A DNA stretch of 64,000 nt from Fimbriimonadia bacterium. Lineage in GTDB: Bacteria > Armatimonadota > Fimbriimonadia > Fimbriimonadales > JABRVX01. Both the position numbers and the translations under genes were made by a program. The stretch lies in assembly GCA_041483895.1 (NCBI GenBank), contig JBGPGO010000013.1, positions 58,196 through 122,195 of the forward strand, given 5' to 3'. Shown one piece after another: positions 9,605 through 18,988 of this stretch (position 1 is the first letter of the stretch; each line of letters opens with the position of its first letter). Under the pieces are notes generated by a model, which saw only the letters and a program-made list of their open reading frames with translations, was not told the origin of the DNA and searched no databases.

Positions 9605-10687
9605 ATGCCAGCAGATATCAATTCGATGGAGATTTCCGACTTTATCCGGCTCGGATTCGATCAGCGCGCTTCCGACATTTTCATCAAGCCAGGATCGCCG
9701 CCCTCTATGCGCGTCGCGGGCCGAATTCGCAAGATGGACGAGTATCCTTCCTTGACAGAAGCGGATTCTCGCCGGCTTTGCTACAACATCCTCAGCCACG
9801 AACAGATCAGCCGATTTGAACACCACCCTGAGCTCGATGTCGCGTTCACAGTGGAGCCGATTGCCCGCGTGCGATCCAACATCTATTTGGAGCGGCAGCA
9901 GGTTGCCGGCGTATTCCGAATTATCCCCATTGAAAAGCTCAGTCTCGAGGAATTGGGCATGCCTCCGGTATTGGCAGAGTTGTGCAAGACGAGGCAGGGC
10001 ATGATCCTGGTCACGGGTCCAACCGGCTGTGGCAAATCCACCACGCTGGCCGCCATGGTTGACGTGATCAACAAGAGTCGCCAGTGTCACATCGTCACGA
10101 TCGAGGACCCGATAGAGTTTGTCCACCAAGACTATGATTCGATCGTCAGCCAACGAGAGGTCGGGATCGATACCGAGTCGTTCCAGGTTGCCTTGCGGGC
10201 CGTGGTTCGCGAAAGCCCGGACGTGATCCTGATCGGTGAAATGCGCGACCCGGAAACCATGGTTGTCGCTTTGCAAGCCGGTGAAACGGGCCACCTCGTC
10301 TTCTCGACCGTCCACACTCCAAGCGCCGGCGAGACTCTCGACCGAATTATCAACATGTTCCCGCCGCACGAAAAAGACTTCCTTGCTATGCGGCTTGCTA
10401 CCTCGCTTCGAGCAATCATCGCCCAGAAACTGGTTCCGACCGTTGATGGGAATAGCCGGGTCGCCGCGGTCGAAATCATGATTTGTACGCCAACGATATC
10501 CAAATTGATCGAAGATACGCATTTCGGGGAAATCTATCACGCCATTTCAGAGGGCAACTTCTGGGGAATGCAGACGATGAACCAATGCCTCGTCAAGTAT
10601 GTTCAGGAGGGTGTCGTCACCGAAGAGATGGCCCTGAACTACGCCGGCATCCTCACCGAGCTGCGGCAGATGCTCCGCCGGGCGTAG
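9605..10687 (+). CDS. pilT: Type IV pilus retraction ATPase, PilT/PilU family
   Basis: GPTGCGKSTT Walker A, TIEDPIE, PDVILIGEMRD, TGHLVFSTVH, GMQTMNQ. Confidence 0.92.
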   Translation: MPADINSMEISDFIRLGFDQRASDIFIKPGSPPSMRVAGRIRKMDEYPSLTEADSRRLCYNILSHEQISRFEHHPELDVAFTVEPIARVRSNIYLERQQVAGVFRIIPIEKLSLEELGMPPVLAELCKTRQGMILVTGPTGCGKSTTLAAMVDVINKSRQCHIVTIEDPIEFVHQDYDSIVSQREVGIDTESFQVALRAVVRESPDVILIGEMRDPETMVVALQAGETGHLVFSTVHTPSAGETLDRIINMFPPHEKDFLAMRLATSLRAIIAQKLVPTVDGNSRVAAVEIMICTPTISKLIEDTHFGEIYHAISEGNFWGMQTMNQCLVKYVQEGVVTEEMALNYAGILTELRQMLRRA

Positions 10688-10701
10688 AGATCACTGCAGC
10701 T

Positions 10702-11106
10702 TCACGATCTTGGCCTGCACGCAGGGGACGCCGGCGTTGTCGACAATCCAGATTCGTCAGGATCAAAAATGTCGCCGAAAGGCGTGCCAACCTCCGTAAA
10801 ATCCTGCCCCCCGGCAACAAGGACTCTGCCGTCGGGCAGCGCGCAATGCCCCGCACAGAGCATGATGTTGTGATCATTTGGTTTATGGTCATCCGTCAGT
10901 TCTTCGGGAAAATCCTCAGTCGCCGAGTCCCACAGCCAACAGTCAGGGGTCGTGTAGTGCACAACGTTATCCACGACATACCTCTTACCGTATCCCCAAA
11001 TCAGCACCTTGCCCGTTCTGAGCAAAACCATATGTACGGCCGTTAGAATGTCGTCCTCCGAATCTCCTCTCGCCCATTGAACCGCTACCCCCCAAGAACC
11101 AGCCAT
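10702..11106 (-). pseudogene. Truncated galactose-oxidase/kelch-like gene (N-terminal part only)
   Basis: AVHMVLLRTGKVLIWG and LCAGHCALPDGRVLVAGG, but ends after 134 aa next to the pilT 3' end. Confidence 0.6.
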
Positions 11107-11109
11107 TTT

Positions 11110-11793
11110 CTACCTCCTATTCCGCCTTCGCAACATAGCCGCACCGACACCGGTGATCGCAGTGATTAGGCTCGCCGGTTCCGCCACTACCTCAATCGAG
11201 TCGACATATAGTGGCGCAAACCCCACCCCGTCATTTGGTCCGGCAAAGTACATCCCGGCTGCTCCTACGTCGTATAATCTCGTCATGGGACCATGCGCCA
11301 CAAGGCTGCCGTCGAAATATGCCCAAATGGTTCCTGCGACGCGCACGAACCTGAATTCATGCATTCCGCCGGGGGGCAATGGGATAGGGAAAGAACCCAT
11401 TCCATCCGCATAAGCCTTCAAGGTCGCCCCCGTCGGAGTCTGGGCGAATGAAATCCCCGCAAGCATCGTTGCGCCGAAGTCATCGTTAAGGTCGCCAACA
11501 CCGATGGTCATTCTCTGTTCAGTGCCTGGATCCCAACCAAACACGGTGGTAAATTGGAAGTCGTAATGGCTGTCTACAGCCGTTCTCACTTCAACGGCGC
11601 TGAAACCTGTGGGGTCGCCGTCGAGCCCGTTCACTTTGAGCAGGCTGTTGGCCACGACATAGTGCAACTGACCCTGATGCCCAAAGTTGGAGATTTTCCA
11701 GTTGGACCCGAGCTTATTCCCGTCGAAGCCGTCGAAGAATGCTTGCGACATCAACGGAACGACCACGATTGATAGAGCGACTAACCTTCTCAT
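11110..11793 (-). CDS. PEP-CTERM-like surface protein (VAEP variant)
   Basis: Signal peptide; C-terminal VVAEPASL + TM + RRRNRR. Confidence 0.8.
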   Translation of the reverse strand: MRRLVALSIVVVPLMSQAFFDGFDGNKLGSNWKISNFGHQGQLHYVVANSLLKVNGLDGDPTGFSAVEVRTAVDSHYDFQFTTVFGWDPGTEQRMTIGVGDLNDDFGATMLAGISFAQTPTGATLKAYADGMGSFPIPLPPGGMHEFRFVRVAGTIWAYFDGSLVAHGPMTRLYDVGAAGMYFAGPNDGVGFAPLYVDSIEVVAEPASLITAITGVGAAMLRRRNRR

Positions 11794-11865
11794 TTTCTTC
11801 CCCCCGGTTCCAATTCATCCGCTTCGCGCAACGCCACCATCAAAAGACCAATCCGCTACGAATAC

Positions 11866-11894
11866 ATAGTAAACGATCCGCCCCGATTTGACAA
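11866..11894 (-). promoter_or_regulatory. Sigma-70-type promoter
   Basis: Minus strand TTGTCA-N17-TACTAT upstream of the gene starting at 11793. Confidence 0.55.
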
Positions 11895-11949
11895 GGGGTT
11901 ACGGAAAAATCAATAATCCGCGGACACAATCTGCTTGACGTAAGGCCGG

Positions 11950-12055
11950 AACGGTATGCCCAGACAAGGACCTTGCCGGTGAGCACATGGACCATGTGTG
12001 CAGCGACCAGTGGGGTTAGTGCTCCGTCTTGCCCAACGGCCGCCGGATGCATCAT
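11950..12055 (-). pseudogene. Second short galactose-oxidase-like remnant
   Basis: AAHMVHVLTGKVLVWAY resembles AVHMVLLRTGKVLIWGY of 10702-11106. Confidence 0.4.
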
Positions 12056-12792
12056 CGAGATCGGATTCGCTCCCACACATCTCCAAGAGTCGGCTGCCGA
12101 ATCACTACTGCCTCGACATTGCCATAGCCGTCCCGTAACAGCTGCGCAGATCGATCCAGGCCATGATCCGTGACAAGACGCAGCGTCCCGCCTTCCGGGC
12201 TGGCCGTCACCCGCATCGGCGCGACCAGCGAACGCAATCCGGAGGGGTCCGCCGTCTCGATCACGATCTCTTCCCTGCCCTCGCCCGCAACCAGGTCGGA
12301 AGGCGAGCCGTCCGCGGCGACCCGGCCCCGGTGAAGCATGACAACGCGCGGAAACAGCTCCGCAATCTCGGTCCGCCGCGTCGCGACCACAACACACGAT
12401 CCCTGTCGGGATAACCGGAGCAGCTCGGCAATCGCGCGCTTCGTCAAGTGGTTCGGCAGCAGGTCGAGGGCGCAGTCGATGAGCAGCAAGTCCGCCGTGG
12501 CTGCAATCCCCGCGGCAACCGCCAACGCATAGTTTTGCGACTGCGAAAGCGTCCTGCCGTCATTCGACCGGATGTCCCACAGATCAAACACCGCAAGCAG
12601 GTGGCCGTCCTTAAGTCGCGTGGCCGGCGTTGCAGCGCGGGCCTCCACGATTTCCGGTACGAGATGCCGCGACTTTGGGGCCTCGCCTGCCCGGATGGAG
12701 CGAAACAGCTCCGACTTTCCCGCACCAAGAATCGCGGCGACGTCGGATCCCAACTGAAGCTGCATGGATTTCAACCGGAGGAAGCCTCGCAT
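12052..12792 (-). CDS. Degenerate ABC-type ATP-binding-like protein
   Basis: Shortened Walker A (GAGKS), DLLLID Walker B-like, LHRGRVAADGSP; no LSGGQ. Confidence 0.6.
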   Translation of the reverse strand: MRGFLRLKSMQLQLGSDVAAILGAGKSELFRSIRAGEAPKSRHLVPEIVEARAATPATRLKDGHLLAVFDLWDIRSNDGRTLSQSQNYALAVAAGIAATADLLLIDCALDLLPNHLTKRAIAELLRLSRQGSCVVVATRRTEIAELFPRVVMLHRGRVAADGSPSDLVAGEGREEIVIETADPSGLRSLVAPMRVTASPEGGTLRLVTDHGLDRSAQLLRDGYGNVEAVVIRQPTLGDVWERIRSR

Positions 12793-12867
12793 AATTCCAA
12801 GATTCGACCGCCCGGTTCCAGTTCCTTGGCAAGGACAACCTCGACAGGAGGCGAATAGAAAATCGTC

Positions 12868-13596
12868 TTGGAACGCCGGAAGCCCTCTATCAACGAACCC
12901 GTCACGCTGCTTCGCCGTGTCCCCATTCAGGAATGCGGCGATCCGCTTGCTGATTTCACGAAGGTCTGCCCGCAACTGCTTATTGATCCTCCTCGCTTTC
13001 GGTACCGCCGAGAGACGCTGATCCGGGCGCCGGTTGCCGAGATGCTGTGCAAGGCGGCAAACTCTCTGCCCGAGGGCTACCGTCTCGCCATCGTCGAGGG
13101 ATGGCGGCCGCCCCATATCCAAAGGCGCATGTACCAGTGGAGCTGGAACCGCTTCGCCGAACGGCATCCGGAATGGTCGGAGGCGCAGCTGAAGCGGGTC
13201 GTCAATCGGTTCACCGCTCCGCTCAACGACCGGGTCCCTCCACCCCATTCAACCGGGGGGGCGGTTGACCTGACGCTCTATGGCGCGGACGGCAAGCCGG
13301 CTGAATTTCGCAAACCCTACCCGTGGATGGACACCCGCGCCTACCCGTTCGACGCCCCCGGACTGGGCGAGGAAGCGCGGCGAAATCGCCAGATCCTCGC
13401 CGAGGCGCTGTTGCGGACCGGCCTCACGAACTATCCCAGCGAGTATTGGCATTGGAGCTATGGCGACCAGGGCTGGGCCTATCGCGGCCACCATCCGCAC
13501 GCCCTGTTCGGACCCATCGTGCCGCCGGACTATGAACCCGCCCCGGAGGACCTTGCCGAGGGACCGCTGGAGTGGATCTACCCGCCGGAAGAGTAA
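12868..13596 (+). CDS. D-alanyl-D-alanine dipeptidase (VanX/M15 family)
   Basis: EGWRP, PPHSTGGAVDLTL, EYWHWSYGD. Confidence 0.9.
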   Translation: MERRKPSINEPVTLLRRVPIQECGDPLADFTKVCPQLLIDPPRFRYRRETLIRAPVAEMLCKAANSLPEGYRLAIVEGWRPPHIQRRMYQWSWNRFAERHPEWSEAQLKRVVNRFTAPLNDRVPPPHSTGGAVDLTLYGADGKPAEFRKPYPWMDTRAYPFDAPGLGEEARRNRQILAEALLRTGLTNYPSEYWHWSYGDQGWAYRGHHPHALFGPIVPPDYEPAPEDLAEGPLEWIYPPEE

Positions 13597-13653
13597 ATGC
13601 CATTCAGTTGCGCCGTTTGTGGTAATGTTGCTTCCGGTAGGAGGTTCTTCTAG

Positions 13654-14763
13654 ATGAGCATTTCGGTTGCCTACTTGCTGGCGGGTATGTTTGGGCTGGC
13701 GGCCCACTCCGGTTCCGCTGTCAATCCGAAGTCCATTGTCGTCTCCGTATCGCCTTCAGGGCAAATGAACAACGCGTGGTGCGATAGCCCAAGCATCAGT
13801 TGGACGGGGAGGTTCATTGCCTTCTCCAGCAGGGCGTCGAACCTAGTCCCCGGCGACAAACCGGATACAAGCGACGTCTTTGTTCGGGACCGCGATCCAG
13901 ATGGAAATGGCATCTTCGAACCGCAGAATTCAAGGACAATATTGATAAGCAGAACGACCAACGGTGGACCAGCAGGTTCGTCGTACAAGCCCGCAATCAG
14001 CCCCGATGGCCGGTTTGTTACGTTTCTTTCTTCGTCTAAGAGTTTGTTGGCGGACTCAACAGACGCCGATCAGGATGAGCTCATAGCCGATCTTGATGCC
14101 GACGGCAATGGAATCTTTCGTGGCAGCCCAAAGATTGAACGGCACTCGGAGAAAATGGCGGCGGGCAAGAGACCCCCGAGTTCACTCCACTTTACGGCTG
14201 GCGACGTTGTTGCCTCCTTAGTTTATGAGAAGGAAGCGAAGTTCCTGGCCGGGATCGATTCATTTAGCTCATCAGGAAGATTCATCGCCTTTGCTTCGCA
14301 GATAAGGATGACGAAAGATGCTCAGAATCCAACAGACATCTATCTATTCGACTGCCGCACAAACGCCGTAACGCTCGTATCAGACTTCAACGGCGCCGGA
14401 TTGCAGAATCCGTTTGTCAACAGCTCCGGAGATCGAATTATTTTTGACACGGCGAACAATATCGCTCTGGCAACCCTCAGGCCCACAGGCAAGTTCAAGG
14501 TTGAACTTATCAATGGCAGCCACCCTTCAATGAGCGATGACGGAAAGTTCGTCGCCTTTATCGGCCGGGAAAGACAGAACGGGAAAGAGCAATTTGTCTA
14601 CCGCCTCCTGAATCGTAAGACAGGGAATATTCGCGACTTTGATGAGGCGCCTGGCGACAACGAGCTTTTCCGTCCGAGCCTGAGCGGGGATGGAAGGAAT
14701 ATCGCTTACGTCGATTCCAAGAGCGGCGCGATACGTATTGTTCGCACCATGGATGTTTTGTAG
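13654..14763 (+). CDS. TolB-like (PD40) beta-propeller secreted protein
   Basis: Repeated PSIS.DGRFVAF units, ASNLVPGD, DVFVRD. Confidence 0.8.
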   Translation: MSISVAYLLAGMFGLAAHSGSAVNPKSIVVSVSPSGQMNNAWCDSPSISWTGRFIAFSSRASNLVPGDKPDTSDVFVRDRDPDGNGIFEPQNSRTILISRTTNGGPAGSSYKPAISPDGRFVTFLSSSKSLLADSTDADQDELIADLDADGNGIFRGSPKIERHSEKMAAGKRPPSSLHFTAGDVVASLVYEKEAKFLAGIDSFSSSGRFIAFASQIRMTKDAQNPTDIYLFDCRTNAVTLVSDFNGAGLQNPFVNSSGDRIIFDTANNIALATLRPTGKFKVELINGSHPSMSDDGKFVAFIGRERQNGKEQFVYRLLNRKTGNIRDFDEAPGDNELFRPSLSGDGRNIAYVDSKSGAIRIVRTMDVL

Positions 14764-14826
14764 CGCCTCCCGCTGCGGTACAGTCCCCTAACTTTGGTAC
14801 CGAAAATCCCCTTTGAGGTAGCACGC

Positions 14827-15468
14827 ATGACCCGAATTGAAGAGTCGCTGCGACAGACCTGTGTAATCCCTGTTGCAGTCATAGACGACGCCGAAGATGC
14901 CCTGCCGCTGGTAGACGCCCTCATCGCCGGCGGAATCAACGCGCTGGAACTGGCCCTGCGAACGGACGCCGCGCCGGAGGCGATCGCGACGATTGCCAAG
15001 GAGCGGCCCGGCTTCATCCTGGGCGCCGGGACGGTCCTCACACCGGACCAGATGCGAAAGTGCCTCCACTCCGGCGTCAAATTCGCGGTCTCTCCAGGAC
15101 TTTCTACGGAACTGGTGCGGAAAGCCGCCGAGCTGCGGCTGCCCTACTTCCCCGGCGTCGCCACCCCGACGGAGGTCCAGGCCGCCGTCGCGCTGGGCTG
15201 CCGCGTGATGAAGCTGTTTCCGGCAGAGGTCAGCGGCGGCGTCCAACTCGTACGGGCGCTGCATTCCGTTTTCGGCCACCTGGGCGTCTCGTACATCCCG
15301 CTCGGTGGGCTGGGGCTGACCGAGGCGGCGGCGTACCTGGAGGAGCCCGGAATTCTTGCGGTCGGCGGGTCGTGGATCGCTCCCCGAAGGGCGATTGCGA
15401 ACAAGGACTGGACCTCCATCGAGCAGCACGCGCGGGAGGCTGCCGCGCTACAATTGGCGCATGTCTAA
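14827..15468 (+). CDS. eda: KDPG/KHG aldolase
   Basis: LELALRT, GAGTVL, VSPG, PGVATPTE, KLFPAE, VGGSW. Confidence 0.93.
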   Translation: MTRIEESLRQTCVIPVAVIDDAEDALPLVDALIAGGINALELALRTDAAPEAIATIAKERPGFILGAGTVLTPDQMRKCLHSGVKFAVSPGLSTELVRKAAELRLPYFPGVATPTEVQAAVALGCRVMKLFPAEVSGGVQLVRALHSVFGHLGVSYIPLGGLGLTEAAAYLEEPGILAVGGSWIAPRRAIANKDWTSIEQHAREAAALQLAHV

Positions 15469-16543
15469 CCGGGTCGTCACGTTTGGCGAAGTGATGCTTC
15501 GAGTTATCCCGCCGGACCTCCAAACATTCCGGCAATCTCTTCCTGGTTCCGCCATGTTGCGATTTGGCGGCGCGGAGGCCAATGTTGCTGCTTCCGTTGC
15601 CGTTTTGGGGGGCTCATCAGTTTTTGTTTCCGCACTCCCACGGCATTCGATTGCCGACGCTTGTCTGGCGCAATTGCGAGGTCTTGGTGTGGATGTCGGG
15701 CATGTATCGCGCACAGATTTTGGCCGGATGGGAATCTATTTTGTGGAGACGGGGGCGAACCAGCGGCCCTCCACCGTGGTGTACGATCGCGACGGCTCAT
15801 CCTTATCGCTCGCGCCGCCCGACCACTTTCCCTGGCGGGAGATCCTGCGGCCGGGCGATTGGCTGCATGTTTCCGGCATCACTCCGGCCCTTAGCGAGAA
15901 CGCAGCTTTCGCGACGCGGCGGGCGGTGGAAACGGCGAAGTCTGTCGGGTGCTCGGTTTCATTGGATATGAATTTTCGCGCGAAGCTGTGGCGATGGAAG
16001 CCGGGGGTATCAGCAAAGGAATTGGCCCGCGATACGATATCGGGGCTGTTGCAGTCGGTCGATCTGCTGATTGGCAACGAAGAGGACGCCGAGTCGGTGG
16101 TCGGCATCCGCGCCGAGGAGACTGAAGTTGAGACCGGTCAAATTCATCACGAACGATACGCGTCCGTGGCGGCGGAGATCGTAAAGCGGCATCCGAATGT
16201 GCAGCAGGTGGCGTTCACGCTGCGCGGCAGCGTCTCGGCGTCGCACAACACGTGGTCGGGGATGCTGTTCCAGGACGGCGAGACATACTTTGCGCCGATG
16301 ATTGATGGGCAGTTGCGTCCGTACGAGATAACGCACATCGTCGATCGGGTCGGGGCGGGGGATAGTTTTGTGGCCGGCTTACTGTTTTCTCTGATGCAAG
16401 GCCGACACCCGCAAGATGCCATCGCGTTTGCCACAGCGGCTTCCTGCTTGAAGCATTCGATACCGGGGGATTACAACATGAGCTCCGTGGCGGATGTCGA
16501 AGCGCTTCTGTCCGGTTCCGGTTCCGGTCGCGTAATTCGATAA
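15461..16543 (+). CDS. kdgK: 2-keto-3-deoxygluconate kinase
   Basis: VTFGEVMLR, FGGAEANVA, SGITPAL, VDRVGAGDSF, LKHSIPGD; overlaps eda. Confidence 0.9.
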   Translation: MSNRVVTFGEVMLRVIPPDLQTFRQSLPGSAMLRFGGAEANVAASVAVLGGSSVFVSALPRHSIADACLAQLRGLGVDVGHVSRTDFGRMGIYFVETGANQRPSTVVYDRDGSSLSLAPPDHFPWREILRPGDWLHVSGITPALSENAAFATRRAVETAKSVGCSVSLDMNFRAKLWRWKPGVSAKELARDTISGLLQSVDLLIGNEEDAESVVGIRAEETEVETGQIHHERYASVAAEIVKRHPNVQQVAFTLRGSVSASHNTWSGMLFQDGETYFAPMIDGQLRPYEITHIVDRVGAGDSFVAGLLFSLMQGRHPQDAIAFATAASCLKHSIPGDYNMSSVADVEALLSGSGSGRVIR

Positions 16544-16549
16544 CTACGC

Positions 16550-16652
16550 TTGTCATTCCGAGCTTGCGAGGAATCTGGCGGTAGTTGAGTGCAGTGGTTG
16601 ACGAAAAGTGTATTCCGACGAGGGGAGATTCCTCGCAAGCTCGGAATGACAA
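16550..16652. repeat. TGTCATTCCG-type palindromic repeat (REP/MITE-like), copy 1
   Basis: TTGTCATTCCGAGCTTGCGAGGAATCT ... AGATTCCTCGCAAGCTCGGAATGACAA perfect 27-bp inverted arms. Confidence 0.9.
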
Positions 16653-16671
16653 CCTCCTATTAAATCGAGAG

Positions 16672-16696
16672 CTTTCATTGCCGATCGCATCGTCAA
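16672..16696. repeat. Short palindrome of the TTGACGATCGCATCGTCAA family
   Basis: CTTTCATTGCCGATCGCATCGTCAA, one mismatch to 40421-40445. Confidence 0.75.
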
Positions 16697-17673
16697 CGGG
16701 CGGAGATCAACTTCCCCTTGTCATCATATCGGTTGAAGTCGAACACATACACCCACCAATTGTTAAGCCGCCCATCGATGTTCCAACCCGGTCTATGCGG
16801 GAGGTGGGAAAACCACCAATTCATATAGTTTCGATGGTAGTCCGGCCCACCCCAGGTCTCGCAGCTGACAGCCTTTTTCGCGCCGGTCAGTTTCGGGTAA
16901 TTCAGCCAATCGTCGGCATCGCTCTGCACCAGCCGCTTGTTGCCGTAGTCATAATCGTGCTCGGCGTTCGGCGGCCAGTGACAGGTACCACATGACGCGG
17001 TCCCGGACTGCTTGTCGTTCGCGGCGTACTTCGCCCAATTCGATGTCAGTTCCTCCGCTTTCCAGCCGCCGGATACGCGCGCCATTGTGCTCTCGGTCCG
17101 ATGGCAGAGGTCATGGAGCATCTCCGCGACGCCGCGCTCATAGTTGAAGCCCATGATGGCGAACGCCCGCTTGCACGGCACCTTGTCGTACACCTCGCCG
17201 TTGATGTAGAACGCGCCCTTTCCCGCCATCGCCGATTCGTTATAGCCGAAATAGGGCGCGCCGAAAAACCAGACTTCATCGATCTCGCCCTTTTCGATGC
17301 GCGGGATGACGCCAAAATCTTGAAAGGTTTTCGGATAATCAGCGGTATCCGGTTGGTGCCACTTGTTCTCTTTGCGCGCCTGCATGTAGTTCTCGGCGGT
17401 GTATTTAAACCCATCTATTTTGATGTGAAAATCGTCCACATCTTTCCACTCGACGATCCGAAACTTGATGAATCCCCGGCTCGATTTTTCCAAATCGGAG
17501 ATATAGCCTTTGGCAAGATCGTGCGGGTCGGTCCAGCCGCAAACGGCGTGAAGAAGCTTGTTCCCTTCTTGCGGGATCTTGGGGTCGAAATCGAGGACCA
17601 GCACTTTGACTTCGATCGGTTTATGCGCCGATTGGCCGATTGCCAAAGCGGCGAGGGCAAGAATTAGATTCAT
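16693..17673 (-). CDS. Hypothetical secreted protein (possible metal-binding hydrolase)
   Basis: Signal peptide; EMLHDLCHRTE and CGTCH motifs; Trp-rich C-terminus. Confidence 0.7.
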   Translation of the reverse strand: MNLILALAALAIGQSAHKPIEVKVLVLDFDPKIPQEGNKLLHAVCGWTDPHDLAKGYISDLEKSSRGFIKFRIVEWKDVDDFHIKIDGFKYTAENYMQARKENKWHQPDTADYPKTFQDFGVIPRIEKGEIDEVWFFGAPYFGYNESAMAGKGAFYINGEVYDKVPCKRAFAIMGFNYERGVAEMLHDLCHRTESTMARVSGGWKAEELTSNWAKYAANDKQSGTASCGTCHWPPNAEHDYDYGNKRLVQSDADDWLNYPKLTGAKKAVSCETWGGPDYHRNYMNWWFSHLPHRPGWNIDGRLNNWWVYVFDFNRYDDKGKLISAR

Positions 17674-17804
17674 GCAGACATTATAGACTCGGAACGGCGG
17701 GGTCTAGGATATCGGCGTTCGGCTGCGGGCTTGGGGACTCCGCCAACTCCATCCGATTGGCAATTGGACCCGCAGCTACAGGGGGCTGGTCTTACGGGTT
17801 GATG

Positions 17805-18179
17805 CTAGTGACTTCCGCAGGAACCGCAGCCCCCGCCACCGCCACCCTCTTCCGTACTGAAGGAGCTGCCGCAACCACAGGAGCCTGTCGCAGTCGGATT
17901 GTCGATCTTGAATCCGCCGCCCAAAACGTCGTCCACGTAATCGACCGAGGCCCCGTCCATATAGCTCAGGCTCAGCGCGTCGATCATCACCTTCACGCCC
18001 TTCGCGTCGAAAATCTGATCGTTCTCTTCCGGCGCGGCATCGTCGATCGCCATTCCATATTGCAGGCCCGAGCAGCCTCCGCCGGCCACCCAAACTCGCA
18101 GCGCCGCCGCTCCTTTGTCCTGCTCGGTCATCAGGGTCTTTATCTCCTGCGCCGCTCGGTCTGTAAGCTCAATCGCCAT
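17805..18179 (-). CDS. A-type Fe-S cluster carrier (IscA/ErpA/HesB)
   Basis: GGGCSGLQY and NP...SCGCGSSF. Confidence 0.93.
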   Translation of the reverse strand: MAIELTDRAAQEIKTLMTEQDKGAAALRVWVAGGGCSGLQYGMAIDDAAPEENDQIFDAKGVKVMIDALSLSYMDGASVDYVDDVLGGGFKIDNPTATGSCGCGSSFSTEEGGGGGGCGSCGSH

Positions 18180-18262
18180 TGGTTTCCCCCGCTTTACTCA
18201 GTCTCACGAGCATTGTACCAAACTCTACCGATTCCAACGTTCCCCACAGGCGCGAAGTTGCA

Positions 18263-18976
18263 TTATCCTTTGTCGGTGATCGGTTTAACCCAGTATCCGC
18301 AATTCGGACAGTACTTCCAGCCCTTTTCGATGGATAGTTTGCAGTTGGGGCAGCTCATCCCGGATTTTACCGTCGTCCCCGCGCCATCCAGGGTCACTTC
18401 GTCCGAGGGGCGGATGATGCGGATCGAGCCGTCCTGGCGCTGCTCGTACGCCAATTGCGCCGCCTTGGTCACGTTGTCCAGGGCATACTTCAAAGAGACA
18501 TCGGTGAAGGAAAGGTTGATGAGATAGTCCGGCACTCCGGTCTCGACCTGAATCGGCACGCCGATTTTGCGGCCGATCTCGTTCATCGCCGTGCGCAAGG
18601 CAATCTTTTCCCGTTTCAGATTCACCTTGCGGGTCATTGTCGCCGTCCAATCATAGTGCGAGGTGGCGACGGCGGTTGGCTGAGGCGTGATGTATGTGAT
18701 GCCGTCACGCAACTCGACCTGCAGCTTGGCCTGCTCGACCAGCATGTTGAGGGCCGCGTCGAAATCCAGATCGTACACATTGATGTAGAGCTGCTTGCGG
18801 ATGGTCGGGTCCATGATGTAGCTCTTCTTTGCGTCCGCAAAGAGCTTATGGACGATGTCTCGCACGTCTTTGCCCGCCGATTCGATGTTGTATTTCTTCG
18901 GCGTCGTATCGGGCGGATTCTGCGCGACGGCGGCGAGGGTTAGAGTCAGGATGAGAATGGCGATTAGCTTTTTCAT
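18263..18976 (-). CDS. Exported protein with secretin/STN-like domains and C-terminal zinc ribbon
   Basis: Signal peptide; two 'LxxALxxL' STN-like repeats; CPNC-x10-CPNCG. Confidence 0.65.
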   Translation of the reverse strand: MKKLIAILILTLTLAAVAQNPPDTTPKKYNIESAGKDVRDIVHKLFADAKKSYIMDPTIRKQLYINVYDLDFDAALNMLVEQAKLQVELRDGITYITPQPTAVATSHYDWTATMTRKVNLKREKIALRTAMNEIGRKIGVPIQVETGVPDYLINLSFTDVSLKYALDNVTKAAQLAYEQRQDGSIRIIRPSDEVTLDGAGTTVKSGMSCPNCKLSIEKGWKYCPNCGYWVKPITDKG

Positions 18977-18988
18977 GGATGGCGCTCC

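Noticed and set aside
9572..10540. 322-aa ORF antisense to pilT
   Set aside because: Shadow ORF typical of GC-rich coding DNA; no motifs
12868..13596. VanX-like gene as vancomycin resistance
   Set aside because: No vanH/vanA/vanRS nearby; more consistent with peptidoglycan recycling
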